Below, one piece after another: positions 10,351 to 22,084 of a stretch of 64,000 nucleotides of DNA (within the stretch, counting starts at the first letter, position 1; each line of letters begins with the position of its first letter). Origin of the DNA: Diplonema japonicum. Its lineage: Eukaryota > Protista > Euglenozoa: Diplonemea. The notes under the pieces are model-generated. The model saw only the letters and a list, made by a program, of their open reading frames with translations. It did not search any database and was not told where the DNA came from. Position numbers and translations under genes: made by a program. The stretch is taken from the NCBI GenBank assembly GCA_964019335.1, contig OZ025725.1:186001-250000 (forward strand), in the 5' to 3' direction.

Positions 10351-12684
10351 ATGGGCACCGTGAACAAAGATGTCGAGAAGCTCCTAGCAGACGCCCTCGG
10401 GGAGGGCATCCTCTCCGGGTTCGCTGGAACCGCGCCACAGCCCAGCCAAGGGGAACCCCTTTCGCAGAACGGCAAACAAGAAGAGGACACGACAAGCACA
10501 GCAGGGAAGCAAGCAAACACCCTCCGACCTCTGAAGCTGTTCGAAAGGGGAAAGGACGGAATACCGAGGTACACCGGCGGGTCCTTGGTGCAGCCGGTGA
10601 AGAATGGAAAGCGCATGAGGGTGAAGTACAAGAAGCTCAAGACACCAAGGGTACACAAAGACCAGCTTGTGTACCCCCCAGAGAGAGACTGGCTGCAGAA
10701 CAAGTCTCTTGTCGTGCACAGGAGTGACCTCACATCGCTTATCACACTTATCTGCCCACTCATGGCCCCTCCAAGGCAGTTCAAAATTGACCTTAGCAAC
10801 GTCGATCTTCACTGGATAGTCCGGAAGTCATCAGTGCCAACGCTCAACTTACACACGATGTCAGAAACTGCAGTGGTAGACCCTGACATGCAGTTTGGCT
10901 ACACATCGCACAGCGGGCACCCTGTCCTCCTGAACTCGCCTCGCTCTATTCTCATCTTGCTCAAGAACGGGATCTCGCCGTCTTCTTTACAGAAGGAACT
11001 GCTCACCCCCGAGAACAAGGCGACCCACCACATCCGTGAAGCCAAGCGTGTCACTGTTCTTGCCAAGCTCAGAGAACACTACAAAGCCCTCTGCAACGAG
11101 ATATCTCTTGAGGAGGTGCTTGACTTCTACGACGCCTACGACCCTTCCGAGCCTTCTGCTGTCCCCGACCTCAGCTCAGCTGGTGAGACAGAAGTCGTCA
11201 GGAAGTGTATTGTGCCCGGGAGTGGTGCTGGCGGGCATGTGCACACGACCGACACCGTCGACATGTTGGCCTTTGAAAGGATACTCCACGTGAACAAGTC
11301 TCCTGTTAAGATCCCGGAGACACCACCCGAGATCGAGGCCCCCTCACCTCTTCGTTCGAGGATGTCGATCGTTGTGACACGCACCCTTGACCAGCCTGCA
11401 CCCCTCACAAGAACGCATGTCAGCACGGGTGCGCTCTTTCCCAATGATGGTACGTCTTCCGTGGGCATGCACTCGGTGTCCTCCCGCCGCGCGCAGCAAG
11501 AGGCCAACGATCCTGTCTTCGCGCAGCAGAAAGCAAAAAGATTGGCCAAGCGAATGGACCTCAAACCGCTGCTCATGAAGATGGAAAAAACACGCGAGAA
11601 GATGCAGAGCATGCTGGCCACCGACATCGAGACAAAGCTGTCCAACCTTGGCGACAGGCAGAAGGAGCAAGAGAAGCGTGTGCAGATTCTGAAGCGGCAC
11701 TCGAACAGACTGAAACGCGTGGAGGAGGACCGCACTGCAAGGGGCGAAGCCAAACAGATGGTCAAGGAGGCAAAGCAAAAGCGACGGGCCATGCAGCTCG
11801 ATGCGCTGCAACAAGCGCAAGAAGAGGAGTTCGAGAAAAAACAACACAAGGAAGAGGAACAAATGCGCAGCAAGAAAAAGATGAACGCTGCAATTTTGAA
11901 GAGCAAACGGCAGCGGCGCAGCGAGGTGAAGAAGAAGCTCGAGGAGAGAATCCAAGCGGCAAAGGAACTGGAAAAGAAGCAACTACAGGAAAAATTAGAT
12001 GCAATCGAGGAGAAGGAGATGATATTCGCCAGGGTGGCGGAGAGAAAAGAGGCAATGCGCACCGCTCTGAAACTGCAGGGCGCCGCAAGCAAAGCCGCCG
12101 CAGAGGAACGAAAAAGGGAAACAGAAGAAATGCTGTTGAACAGAGAAAAGGAGCGTGCACGGGTTATGGAAAACAGGTTTGAACTGGTCGACTCAAGGCT
12201 AGCTGCATTCAATGCGCAGAAGACGTTGGCTTTGGATGAAAAGATAAGGGCTGAAAAGCGAGCTGCGAATGCAAGAGCGAGTGCACGGAGAGAAGCTGCA
12301 CAGATGGAGGAGGAAGAACACCAACTTGCCGCAGAGCAGCGTGGCGTCCGCGAGGCACGATATCAGCACAGCAAAGCGGTGATGGCCAAGCAGCGAGACC
12401 TCAAAGCGACCCTCTCAAAGCTCCGCTTCAGAGAAAAGCAAGACGGCGTGGACCGCATGCACGCCGCAGCAGAATTCCGTCGGTTGCAAACCCACAACAC
12501 GTTGCAGTGGAAGGCCGACCGCATCCACAACCTCGTGCTGCAGGTAAACGTCATCACAGAGAAGACAAGGAAGGCACGCGAGGCGATCCTCGTCGACAAG
12601 GAAACCCGCCTCAAGGCCATGAACGAGGTCACAATACAAGCAGAGAAGACACTGTACCAAAAGACCTGCAAAGATCTGATTTAA
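10351..12684 (+). CDS. long coiled-coil protein with an SPRS-motif domain
   Basis: 777-aa ORF; LNSPRSILILLKNGISPSSL followed by an E/K/R/Q-rich coiled coil. Confidence 0.8.
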   Translation: MGTVNKDVEKLLADALGEGILSGFAGTAPQPSQGEPLSQNGKQEEDTTSTAGKQANTLRPLKLFERGKDGIPRYTGGSLVQPVKNGKRMRVKYKKLKTPRVHKDQLVYPPERDWLQNKSLVVHRSDLTSLITLICPLMAPPRQFKIDLSNVDLHWIVRKSSVPTLNLHTMSETAVVDPDMQFGYTSHSGHPVLLNSPRSILILLKNGISPSSLQKELLTPENKATHHIREAKRVTVLAKLREHYKALCNEISLEEVLDFYDAYDPSEPSAVPDLSSAGETEVVRKCIVPGSGAGGHVHTTDTVDMLAFERILHVNKSPVKIPETPPEIEAPSPLRSRMSIVVTRTLDQPAPLTRTHVSTGALFPNDGTSSVGMHSVSSRRAQQEANDPVFAQQKAKRLAKRMDLKPLLMKMEKTREKMQSMLATDIETKLSNLGDRQKEQEKRVQILKRHSNRLKRVEEDRTARGEAKQMVKEAKQKRRAMQLDALQQAQEEEFEKKQHKEEEQMRSKKKMNAAILKSKRQRRSEVKKKLEERIQAAKELEKKQLQEKLDAIEEKEMIFARVAERKEAMRTALKLQGAASKAAAEERKRETEEMLLNREKERARVMENRFELVDSRLAAFNAQKTLALDEKIRAEKRAANARASARREAAQMEEEEHQLAAEQRGVREARYQHSKAVMAKQRDLKATLSKLRFREKQDGVDRMHAAAEFRRLQTHNTLQWKADRIHNLVLQVNVITEKTRKAREAILVDKETRLKAMNEVTIQAEKTLYQKTCKDLI

Positions 12685-12762
12685 AAAAAAAAGTTTTTTT
12701 TTTCCCCCCCGAAAAAAAAAAAAAATTCAAAAAAAAAAAATGAGGGAGACAAAAAAAAATTA

Positions 12763-13278
12763 ATGCCCGAGCGAACCGTAGCTGGGGAGGGCTCGCCAAG
12801 AGGGAAGGCGTCGAAGAGGAATAATAAGCCGGTTACACGGGACGTGCTGGTTCCCATGGAAGAGAAGATGATGAAGCAAGGCGATAAGCCCATCACGCCG
12901 CAGCACTGGATGTATGCGTCGTTTGAGTACAAAATGTCGATAAAGGAGGAACAGGCATTACACCAGTGCAGCAGGAAGATTGACTTGTTGAGCGAAAAGG
13001 TGAGTAGATTCGGGGGGCGAGGCCACCTCATCTTCGACCTTGTCGCGACTAGGAAGCAAATCGAACGTGGGGGCCCCCTCTGGCTCGGCCGTGAGATCTA
13101 CAACTACGTCGAGGAGAAGCACTTCGGTACTATCTCAACCACCTTCGTCGGCCTCACCGACAACACCGCGCGAAGGGTGGGCAGGGATGTTTACTGCCGT
13201 TCGGAAGATCTCTCCCCAAAGAAATACAGCTTTGACGTCATCGACAACGAGAGGATGTTCATCGTCTACCCATCGTGA
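12763..13278 (+). CDS. hypothetical protein (171 aa)
   Basis: ATG after an A-rich leader, coding-like composition, ends just before a T-run. Confidence 0.7.
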   Translation: MPERTVAGEGSPRGKASKRNNKPVTRDVLVPMEEKMMKQGDKPITPQHWMYASFEYKMSIKEEQALHQCSRKIDLLSEKVSRFGGRGHLIFDLVATRKQIERGGPLWLGREIYNYVEEKHFGTISTTFVGLTDNTARRVGRDVYCRSEDLSPKKYSFDVIDNERMFIVYPS

Positions 13279-13505
13279 TTTTTCGTTTTTTTTTTTTTTT
13301 CAATTCGCACCTGTCGTCTTTTATAAGTCGGCTTTTGTTTTCTTTGCGTCCATATTTGCGAGGGGGGGTTTCTTTCGTCTTTTCCTCTTTTCTGGCTCTC
13401 TTTTTTTTCGTTTTTTTGAACTGCAGCACGCAAGAAGGGGGGGACAAAAAGAATGGGAATAAAACAACTTTCATCTCAGTTTGTAAAAAAGAAAAAGTAA
13501 ATAAA

Positions 13506-14990
13506 ATGCAGCTGCCTCTCCAAGCCGCGATTCTGGCGGCCATGTGTGGCGTGGCGTTGGGTGCGACGAAGCCCAACATCCTGTTCATCCTCGCGGACGA
13601 CCTTGGGTGGAACGATGTGGAGGTGCACGGGTCGCCGCAGATCCACACCGAGAACATAAACACTCTGTGCGCGAAGGGCACGCGCCTGAACAGGTACTAC
13701 GCCCAACCCGTCTGCAGCCCCACGAGGGCAACCTTCTTGAGCGGGCGGCACGTCATCCACACAGGAGTCTACATGCCCCTTTCGACTGGGAAAGGCGAAC
13801 GCTTAAACACTTCGTACAAGCTTCTCCCTGAATACATGAAGGAGGCAGGCTACGACACTCACATGGTTGGCAAGTGGCACCTGGGGCAGAATACTCTGTC
13901 CGCACTCCCAACCAGCAGGGGCTTCGACACCTACCTGGGCTACTGGGCTGGGGCAGAGGACTACCGCACACACGAGATCAACGGTGGCTACGACTTTGCG
14001 AACGGGACTGAGACCGCGTTCGAGTACGCAGGGGCCTACTCCACGTACACCTTCACCGACACTGCGGTCGGGATCCTCAAGCAGTACGATGCCACGTCCC
14101 CGAAGCCTTTCTTCATGTACCTGGCTTACCAGAATGTCCACTGGCCGCTGGAAGCACCTCAGGCCTACCTCGACATGTTCGCTGATGTCCCGAACACTCA
14201 GAGGCAGGCTGTGTGCGCCCTGTGCAAGGTGATGGACGATGCCATCGGCAACATCACCACCACCCTCGACAAGCAGGGGCTGACGGAGAACACGATCGTT
14301 GTCTTCGCCTCCGACAACGGTGGGCCGACGGATGAAAGCGAGCACACCTGGTCTTCGAACTACCCCCTCCGAGGGGGAAAGAACTCTATGTGGGAAGGTG
14401 GTACTAGGGTGGCTGGGTGTATTGCTGGGCCTGGACTGAAGGTTGGGGAGTGGGACGGGTTCATGCATGTGTCTGACTGGATGCCAACCCTTTTGGAGGC
14501 TGTTGGAGCGACACCCCCAACCGGACTGGTTTCTGGGGATGGGCAGTCTGTGTGGCAAGGGCTGTCCACACTGGGGAACTCCTCGCGGGACTGGATACTG
14601 TACGAGGCACACCCTGATAACACCACAGTGCACGGGAACGCTTTCATGTCGAAGGGGATGAAGATCGTCCAGACTGGGGCCACAAACCCTTCCAATGAAG
14701 GGGGTTGGGTTCCCCCCCCTGGGCAGGACCCCAAGGTGACGCCCTACACAGTGTCGTGCCCGACACCTCCTGAGACTCCTGCGGACTGCAGCCACCACTA
14801 CTGCCTCTTCGATGTGGTGAATGACCCCTGTGAACACAACGACATATCGGGACAGAAACCTGAGGTTGTTCAGGAGTTGCTTCAGAAGTTGATGCCTTTC
14901 AAGAATGCGGCGGTCCCCCCCACACCTTCTGTGGGCTGTGACCCGATCATCAACAGCAAAGGAGCTTGGAGGCCCTGTGACAGCCCGTGA
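13506..14990 (+). CDS. secreted arylsulfatase (family S1, ARSB-like), copy 1
   Basis: Signal peptide; PNILFILADDLGWND, CSPTR formylglycine motif, GKWHLG, SDNGG, LRGGK. Confidence 0.95.
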   Translation: MQLPLQAAILAAMCGVALGATKPNILFILADDLGWNDVEVHGSPQIHTENINTLCAKGTRLNRYYAQPVCSPTRATFLSGRHVIHTGVYMPLSTGKGERLNTSYKLLPEYMKEAGYDTHMVGKWHLGQNTLSALPTSRGFDTYLGYWAGAEDYRTHEINGGYDFANGTETAFEYAGAYSTYTFTDTAVGILKQYDATSPKPFFMYLAYQNVHWPLEAPQAYLDMFADVPNTQRQAVCALCKVMDDAIGNITTTLDKQGLTENTIVVFASDNGGPTDESEHTWSSNYPLRGGKNSMWEGGTRVAGCIAGPGLKVGEWDGFMHVSDWMPTLLEAVGATPPTGLVSGDGQSVWQGLSTLGNSSRDWILYEAHPDNTTVHGNAFMSKGMKIVQTGATNPSNEGGWVPPPGQDPKVTPYTVSCPTPPETPADCSHHYCLFDVVNDPCEHNDISGQKPEVVQELLQKLMPFKNAAVPPTPSVGCDPIINSKGAWRPCDSP

Positions 14991-15878
14991 GAGTGACGGG
15001 TTTTTGTTTGTGTTTGCAATCGATCCTGTTCCTCTCTTTCTTTCTTCCACTTTCTCCTTTTCCTGTTTCAATTCATTGTTTACCCTTCTAGCCAAAGCCA
15101 TCCAGTTCTCCCTGTGGCCAGTTACCGTGGATCTTATTCGCGGTTCTGCCTTAATGTAGCTATTCTTCCTCTCTTTTAAGAAAAAAAGAGAAAAAAAAAA
15201 GAAGAAAAAAAAAAAAAAAAAAGAAACGTGAGGTTCTGGCCAGTTGCCTCAAAGGTATTTTTTTCGGGGGGGAACAGCAAGACCTCTGGCCGGGTCTAGG
15301 TGCGTAACGACACCTCCCCTTAGGCGAGTCATTTCAGGGAAGTCTGTGCTCGGCGGAAAAGAATAAAACAAACCTTGCGGAGAGCAACTGTCACTTAGGC
15401 ACAGACAGACCTCTCAAACAGGGCTTTGACGTTATCGATTTCTTTTTTCTTTTTTTAATTCAAGAGGCTTGTCGTCGGTGGACGGAGTCCAACCTACCTC
15501 TCACTCCTTGCCCTCTCCACTGATGCAAGGAAAACAATCACGTTCTCCCCCTCACCCCCCGTTGTTATTAAAGTAAAGAACAACAACATCTCTACCCATG
15601 TTGCTGGTTGTGTGCCTCCGTGGTCATGAGTACCCAGGCAACTATGTTTGTTTCGCTGTTTCAACATGGTCTTTCCCCCTCCCTTTGCTCAACTCCCTTC
15701 GCTCCCCCCTCCACCATGTTTTGTTTATTGAACATCCTCAATAGATAATCGTGGTGGTGGGTAAAAAAAAGGATTTTCAAATACACCCCCCCCAAAAAAA
15801 ACAACTGTTATTGAATTCTTTATATTAACAATAAGTATCACCAAACAAAGATATCAGGGAATAAAAGGGAGTACCAAC

Positions 15879-17357
15879 ATGCAGCTGCCTCTCCAAGCCG
15901 CGATTCTGGCGGCCATGTGTGGCGTGGCGTTGGGTGCGACGAAGCCCAACATCCTGTTCATCCTCGCGGACGACCTTGGGTGGAACGATGTGGAGGTGCA
16001 CGGGTCGCCGCAGATCCACACCGAGAACATAAACTCCATCTGCCAAAAGGGCACGCGCCTGAACAGGCACTATGCCCCGTCCGTCTGCAGCCCCACGAGG
16101 GCAACCTTCTTGAGCGGGCGGCACGTCATCCACACAGGAGTCTACATGCCCCTTATGCCTGCGAGCGGTAAACGCTTAAACACTTCGTACAAGCTTCTCC
16201 CTGAATACATGAAGGAGGCAGGCTACGACACTCACATGGTTGGCAAGTGGCACCTGGGGCAGAACACTCTGTCCGCACTCCCAACCAGCAGGGGCTTCGA
16301 CACCTACCTTGGGTTCTGGGCGGGTGGCGAGGACTACTTTACCCACGAGGTTATTTATGGCTACGACTTTGCGAACGGGACTGAGACCGCGTTCGAGTAC
16401 GCAGGGGCCTACTCCACGTACACCTTCACCGACACTGCGGTCGGGATCCTCAAGCAGTACGATGCCACGTCCCCGAAGCCTTTCTTCATGTACCTGGCTT
16501 ACCAGAATGTCCACTGGCCGCTGGAAGCACCTCAGGCCTACCTCGACATGTACTCAAACGTCCCGAACACCCGGAGGCAGGCTGTGTGCGCCCTGTGCAA
16601 GGTGATGGACGATGCCATCGGCAACATCACCACCACCCTCGACAAGCAGGGGCTGACGGAGAACACGATCGTTGTCTTCGCCTCCGACAACGGTGGACCC
16701 AAAGACGAGCACACCTGGTCTTCGAACTACCCCCTCCGAGGGGGAAAGAACACTCTGTGGGAAGGTGGTACTAGGGTGGCTGGGTGTATTGCTGGGCCTG
16801 GACTGAAGGTTGGGGAGTGGGACGGGTTCATGCATGTGTCTGACTGGATGCCGACCCTTTTGGAGGCTGTTGGAGCGACACCCCCAACCGGACTGGTTTC
16901 TGGGGATGGGCAGTCTGTGTGGCAAGGGCTGTCCACACTGGGGAACTCCTCGCGGGACTGGATACTGTACGAGGCACACCCTGATAACACCACAGTGCAC
17001 GGGAACGCTTTCATGTCGAAGGGGATGAAGATCGTCCAGACTGGGGCCACAAACCCTTCCAATGAAGGGGGTTGGGTTCCCCCCCCTGGGCAGGACCCCA
17101 AGGTGACGCCCTACACAGTGTCGTGCCCGACACCTCCTGAGACTCCTGCGGACTGCAGCCACCACTACTGCCTCTTCGATGTGGTGAATGACCCCTGTGA
17201 ACACAACGACATATCGGGACAGAAACCTGAGGTTGTTCAGGAGTTGCTTCAGAAGTTGATGCCTTTCAAGAATGCGGCGGTTCCCCCCACACCTTCTGTG
17301 GGCTGTGACCCGATCATCAACAGCAAAGGAGCTTGGAGGCCCTGTGACAGCCCGTGA
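15879..17357 (+). CDS. secreted arylsulfatase, copy 2
   Basis: Same motifs; near-identical to copy 1. Confidence 0.95.
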   Translation: MQLPLQAAILAAMCGVALGATKPNILFILADDLGWNDVEVHGSPQIHTENINSICQKGTRLNRHYAPSVCSPTRATFLSGRHVIHTGVYMPLMPASGKRLNTSYKLLPEYMKEAGYDTHMVGKWHLGQNTLSALPTSRGFDTYLGFWAGGEDYFTHEVIYGYDFANGTETAFEYAGAYSTYTFTDTAVGILKQYDATSPKPFFMYLAYQNVHWPLEAPQAYLDMYSNVPNTRRQAVCALCKVMDDAIGNITTTLDKQGLTENTIVVFASDNGGPKDEHTWSSNYPLRGGKNTLWEGGTRVAGCIAGPGLKVGEWDGFMHVSDWMPTLLEAVGATPPTGLVSGDGQSVWQGLSTLGNSSRDWILYEAHPDNTTVHGNAFMSKGMKIVQTGATNPSNEGGWVPPPGQDPKVTPYTVSCPTPPETPADCSHHYCLFDVVNDPCEHNDISGQKPEVVQELLQKLMPFKNAAVPPTPSVGCDPIINSKGAWRPCDSP

Positions 17358-17991
17358 GAGTGAGGTACCTTGTTTATCTCTTTTTTTGATTTACTTTGCT
17401 TCCCTTGTTAAGCACCTTTGAATTTATTGTCAGAATGACAAAAGCTCCTTTCATGATATCAGCTTTTCCTTATTATGAAATCTTGTTTCTTCTTCTTCTT
17501 CTTTCAAGTTTGTTTCTGTTTCGCCGTGTTAGCAGCAGCTACCTCAAAGCTGCTGTCTTTCTCTTCAAGCTTAAGTGTTTAACGTTTTCTCAAGCCCCAC
17601 TGCTCTCCTTACCTTGAGGGGGATATCAAGGTTTTCTTTCCCCCTTTTTTTTTAAAAATACCCTTCCCTCCGCTCTTTTTCGAGTTCTCGTCTGGGCAGA
17701 ATGGCTGTCGATGTTGATGCAAGTCCTTTTTGAAGAGCCGTACAAGCACACGCTTCTTTTTCTTCTGCTACAGAAACGAAAAGATGGCGTTGAGGTACGA
17801 CTCGCGAACTTGTTGGCAGAGACATTAACCCCCCCCCCCCCTCCCCCCCCGCAACACACGTATACACGCGTTTTCCTCAGCGTGTAATCTTATACCAAGC
17901 TGTCTTTTGATTCTTCTTATTTTATATTTATGTTGAGAAAGTAAATCGTTTTAAAACAATATGTTAACAAGAGGATTGAAAAGTAAATAAA

Positions 17992-19476
17992 ATGCAGCTG
18001 CCTCTCCAAGCCGCGATTCTGGCGGCCATGTGTGGCGTGGCGTTGGGTGCGACGAAGCCCAACATCCTGTTCATCCTCGCGGACGACCTTGGGTGGAACG
18101 ATGTGGAGGTGCACGGGTCGCCGCAGATCCAAACAGGGAACATCAACTCCATCTGCCAAAGGGGCACGCGCCTGAACAGGTACTACGCCCAACCCGTCTG
18201 CAGCCCCACGAGGAGCACTCTTATGAGCGGGCGGCACGTCATCCACACTGGTGTGTACTCGCCATTCGGTCAGGGCACAGCAAACAGGCTGAATGTTACC
18301 TTTAAGCTTCTCCCCGAATACATGAAGGAGGCAGGCTACGACACTCACATGGTTGGCAAGTGGCACCTGGGGCAGAATACTCTGTCATCTCTCCCTACTG
18401 GCAGGGGCTTCGACACCTACCTGGGCTACTGGTCAGGTGCAGAGGACTACCTTTCCCACGTGACGACCGGCGCCTACGACTTTGCGAACGGGACTGTAAC
18501 CGCGTTCGAGTACGCAGGGGCCTACTCCACGTACACCTTCACCGACACTGCGGTCGGGATCCTCAAGCAGTACGATGCCACGTCCCCGAAGCCTTTCTTC
18601 ATGTACCTGGCTTACCAGAATGTCCACTGGCCGCTGGAAGCACCTCAGGCCTACCTCGACATGTTCGCTGATGTCCCGAACACTCAGAGGCAGGCTGTGT
18701 GCGCCCTGTGCAAGGTGATGGACGATGCCATCGGGCAGGTCACCACCACCCTCGACAAGCAAGGGCTGACGGAGAACACGATCCTTATCTTCGCCTCCGA
18801 CAACGGTGGGCCGACGAATGAGAATGAAGGCACCTGGTCTTCGAACTACCCCCTCCGAGGGGGAAAGAACACTCTGTGGGAAGGTGGTACTAGGGTGGCT
18901 GGGTGTATTGCTGGGCCTGGACTGAAGGTTGGGGAGTGGGACGGGTTCATGCATGTGTCTGACTGGATGCCAACCCTTTTGGAGGCTGTTGGAGCGACAC
19001 CCCCAACCGGACTGGTTTCTGGGGATGGGCAGTCTGTGTGGCAAGGGCTGTCCACACTGGGGAACTCCTCGCGGGACTGGATACTGTACGAGGCACACCC
19101 TGACAACACCACAGAGCATGGTGGCGCTTTCATGTCGAAGGGGATGAAGATCGTCCAGACTGGGGCCACAAACCCTTCCAATGAGTTTGGTTGGGTTCCC
19201 CCCCCTGGGCAGGACCCCAAGGTGACGCCCTACACAGTGTCGTGCCCGACACCTCCTGAGACTCCTGCGGACTGCAGCCACCACTACTGCCTCTTCGATG
19301 TGGTGAATGACCCCTGTGAACACAACGACATATCGGGACAGAAACCTGAGGTTGTTCAGGAGTTGCTTCAGAAGTTGATGCCTTTCAAGAATGCGGCGGT
19401 TCCCCCCACGCCACCTGACGGCTGCAAGCCGATCATCAACAGCCAAGGAGCTTGGAGGCCCTGTGACAGCCCGTGA
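17992..19476 (+). CDS. secreted arylsulfatase, copy 3
   Basis: Same motifs; near-identical to copies 1 and 2. Confidence 0.95.
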   Translation: MQLPLQAAILAAMCGVALGATKPNILFILADDLGWNDVEVHGSPQIQTGNINSICQRGTRLNRYYAQPVCSPTRSTLMSGRHVIHTGVYSPFGQGTANRLNVTFKLLPEYMKEAGYDTHMVGKWHLGQNTLSSLPTGRGFDTYLGYWSGAEDYLSHVTTGAYDFANGTVTAFEYAGAYSTYTFTDTAVGILKQYDATSPKPFFMYLAYQNVHWPLEAPQAYLDMFADVPNTQRQAVCALCKVMDDAIGQVTTTLDKQGLTENTILIFASDNGGPTNENEGTWSSNYPLRGGKNTLWEGGTRVAGCIAGPGLKVGEWDGFMHVSDWMPTLLEAVGATPPTGLVSGDGQSVWQGLSTLGNSSRDWILYEAHPDNTTEHGGAFMSKGMKIVQTGATNPSNEFGWVPPPGQDPKVTPYTVSCPTPPETPADCSHHYCLFDVVNDPCEHNDISGQKPEVVQELLQKLMPFKNAAVPPTPPDGCKPIINSQGAWRPCDSP

Positions 19477-19559
19477 TACTGTAACTAGATGTGAATTCAT
19501 CGACCCTTTTTTTTTTTGTTTTGACGAAGATCTCGATTTTACGACTCTTCTTTACTGGG

Positions 19560-19595
<36 letters not shown>

Positions 19596-20286
19596 AAACT
19601 TTGAAAAGAATTGTTATTGCAAGAAAAGAGTAGAGGCAGGTGGTGGCCGTTTAGCGACCATACTTTCTCCTCTACGGTGTGGCCCCTTCCTTTTTTACTT
19701 TTTTTTATTTTGGAGTACATTCTCGCTCGGTGTTTGCACCCATGTTTATTTTAAAATCTTATATACAACATGCAGTGGCTAACGAACATTGTGGGTCTGA
19801 AGCTTACCGTTTCGATTTAAGAAAAAAAAAGGGGGGGGGGGAACGGCCAGTCAAGCAAAGAACGGAGAACGAGGAAGTCCCTTTTTTAGTAGAAACATAG
19901 TGTGTCATGGCACCCCCCCCTTTTTTTTCTTTTTTTATTTCCCAGGGGATCCTCAAAAAAGAACAATGACTATGCGTGAAAATAGAGAACTCGGACGAAT
20001 AGTTGTACAATTGTGCATTATTGGTCTGACAAAAGGCAACCCCTAGAAAAAAAAACGTTTTCTTTTTTCTTTCTTCTTTCTTTTATTTCCTTCTTCTTCT
20101 TCTTCTTTTTTTTTTTTCAAAACCACTGTACTCTCTCCACTCCGATCTGGTACTCTCGTCACACATCAAGGCAAAAAAGAAGAAAAAAAAAAATACGAAA
20201 AAAAAAAAAGGGAATGCCCTTCTGATAAAATTGCCGGGCGGGGGCACCCCCTCCCCCCAGCAGGTGACACCACAGCGCCATATACG

Positions 20287-20317
<31 letters not shown>

Positions 20318-20527
20318 ACCCAAACAGTAAAAATTTCTCTTTTTGGAGGGGGGGGTCTTAAGGGGTCGTTCATGCGAAAAAACTAGTTGTGTGACGAAAA
20401 AAAATTTTCTTTTTTCTTTATTTTTTTTTTTTTTTGGAAATACGAAAAAAAAAAAAAAAAAAAAAACAGGAGGGGAAAGGGGTTTGAGATTATCAATGCA
20501 CGCAAAACACTACACAAAAAAGAAAAC

Positions 20528-21055
20528 ATGACATCAGTAGCCAGAACTCACTACCAACAAGAGCACCCGGCGCAGGTTGCTCGGCTCTCAAAAGGAGAAA
20601 AAAAAGTGCCCAGTCTAGACAGCAAAATCCACATGAGGAGAGCGCTGCGGGAGAGGCAGTATAAAAAAGCAGTAGACAGAGAGGCCAGCCGAGTAGTGGA
20701 GGACGTCCTCGTCCCCGAAGTGCTGAGGGCGGCCGAGGAGGGAATAGTTGACAATGAGGTTAAGATAATAGTGCCCCATATAAGTCTTGTGGGCTTGCCA
20801 AGAGACCTGCCTGCCTGCTACTGCAGAAAGGCGTACGAAGAGGAGGTATGCGAAACCGCCAGCCAGCTGCTCACAGAGAAGGGCCTTTCCTGTTTCGCGT
20901 TGACTCTGGAAAGACGGCTAGATGACCTGCTCCCACCTTGCAATGCATTCCTCCCCTCTTTCCTTTGTCTCTTTCCTGCACTCCCCACGAAGCCTCTAAC
21001 CCACGACAGGTGTCTAACATTCACATGCACACTGCCACCTTTATCTCCGTCATGA
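20528..21055 (+). CDS. hypothetical protein (175 aa)
   Basis: ATG at 20528 after an A-rich leader; coding-like island. Confidence 0.65.
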   Translation: MTSVARTHYQQEHPAQVARLSKGEKKVPSLDSKIHMRRALRERQYKKAVDREASRVVEDVLVPEVLRAAEEGIVDNEVKIIVPHISLVGLPRDLPACYCRKAYEEEVCETASQLLTEKGLSCFALTLERRLDDLLPPCNAFLPSFLCLFPALPTKPLTHDRCLTFTCTLPPLSPS

Positions 21056-21968
21056 TTGGACTCTTTTAATTAGAAAAAAAAAATTTTTTTTTGTAACGCA
21101 TATTTTTTTTTTTTTGAAAAATTGGGAGAAGAAAAAAAAAAAAAAAAAAAAAAAAAGACGTCAAAAAAAAAATAAAAAAGTTTTTCCGGGCGGAAGCTTT
21201 TTCCCGTTGAAGATCCTTTTTTTTTTTGACGCCTTTTTCCCAAAAAAAAAATACGAAAACGAGGGGTGGTGGGGGGGGGGGGGGGTAAGGAATGAATGAA
21301 AGGAAAAAAAAGAGAGGAAAAAAAGTGTTACTTTTCCAGCACCCCATTTCATTATAATCCGTTGGGGGCGGAGGCCGGGGGGGGGGGGGGGTGTTCTCGC
21401 AGGTCTCAGCTGTTAGAAATTATTCAAAAAATATCCTTTTGCATAGTTTCAAATATACCCTTTTTAAAAAAAAAGGAACATGGGGCTCACTTTTCTTTGA
21501 AAAAAAAAGAAAAGAAAGAAAAGAATTATAGACAACGTATGTCCTCTCCCCCTCCCACTTTTTTATCTCCCCCCCCTTTTAAATTATTATTTCCAATATC
21601 ATTCCTTGCATCACAAAGCAAGAATCGATTTTTTTTTATGATTTTTGTTACTTGCACCGCGACAAACGTGGGTACGTAAAGGGCATGATGTTGAAATTGA
21701 GACAGGTTTGCCCCTTAGACATTGTCTTACCCCCCCCTTCTTTTTTGTTTTAACAACATTATTGTCGAGACTAAAAACTTGTTTTTTTTCTTCTTCTTCT
21801 TCTTCTTCTTTACATTTAGGTACGTAACCATATGGCAGCGCCGGTTCCCTTCTTTGTTTTTTCTTTTTTTTTTTTTTTTTTTTCTTTTTGTTTTTTCTAA
21901 ATATTTTTTTCTCCTCCACCACACACACACACTTCTTCAAACCCTTCTATTTTTTTTTTTTCTTTCAG

Positions 21969-22008
<40 letters not shown>

Positions 22009-22084
22009 CATTAATACACAGTACACCACTGTCCCCCCTCCCAACACCCACTTCTATTTTTTTTTTCCTTTTATAAAGAAAACA

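Noticed and set aside
11136-12212. Long minus-strand ORFs (also 13803-15101, 18433-19500, 29679-30599, 62627-63595)
   Set aside because: Antisense shadows of GC-rich or repetitive + strand genes
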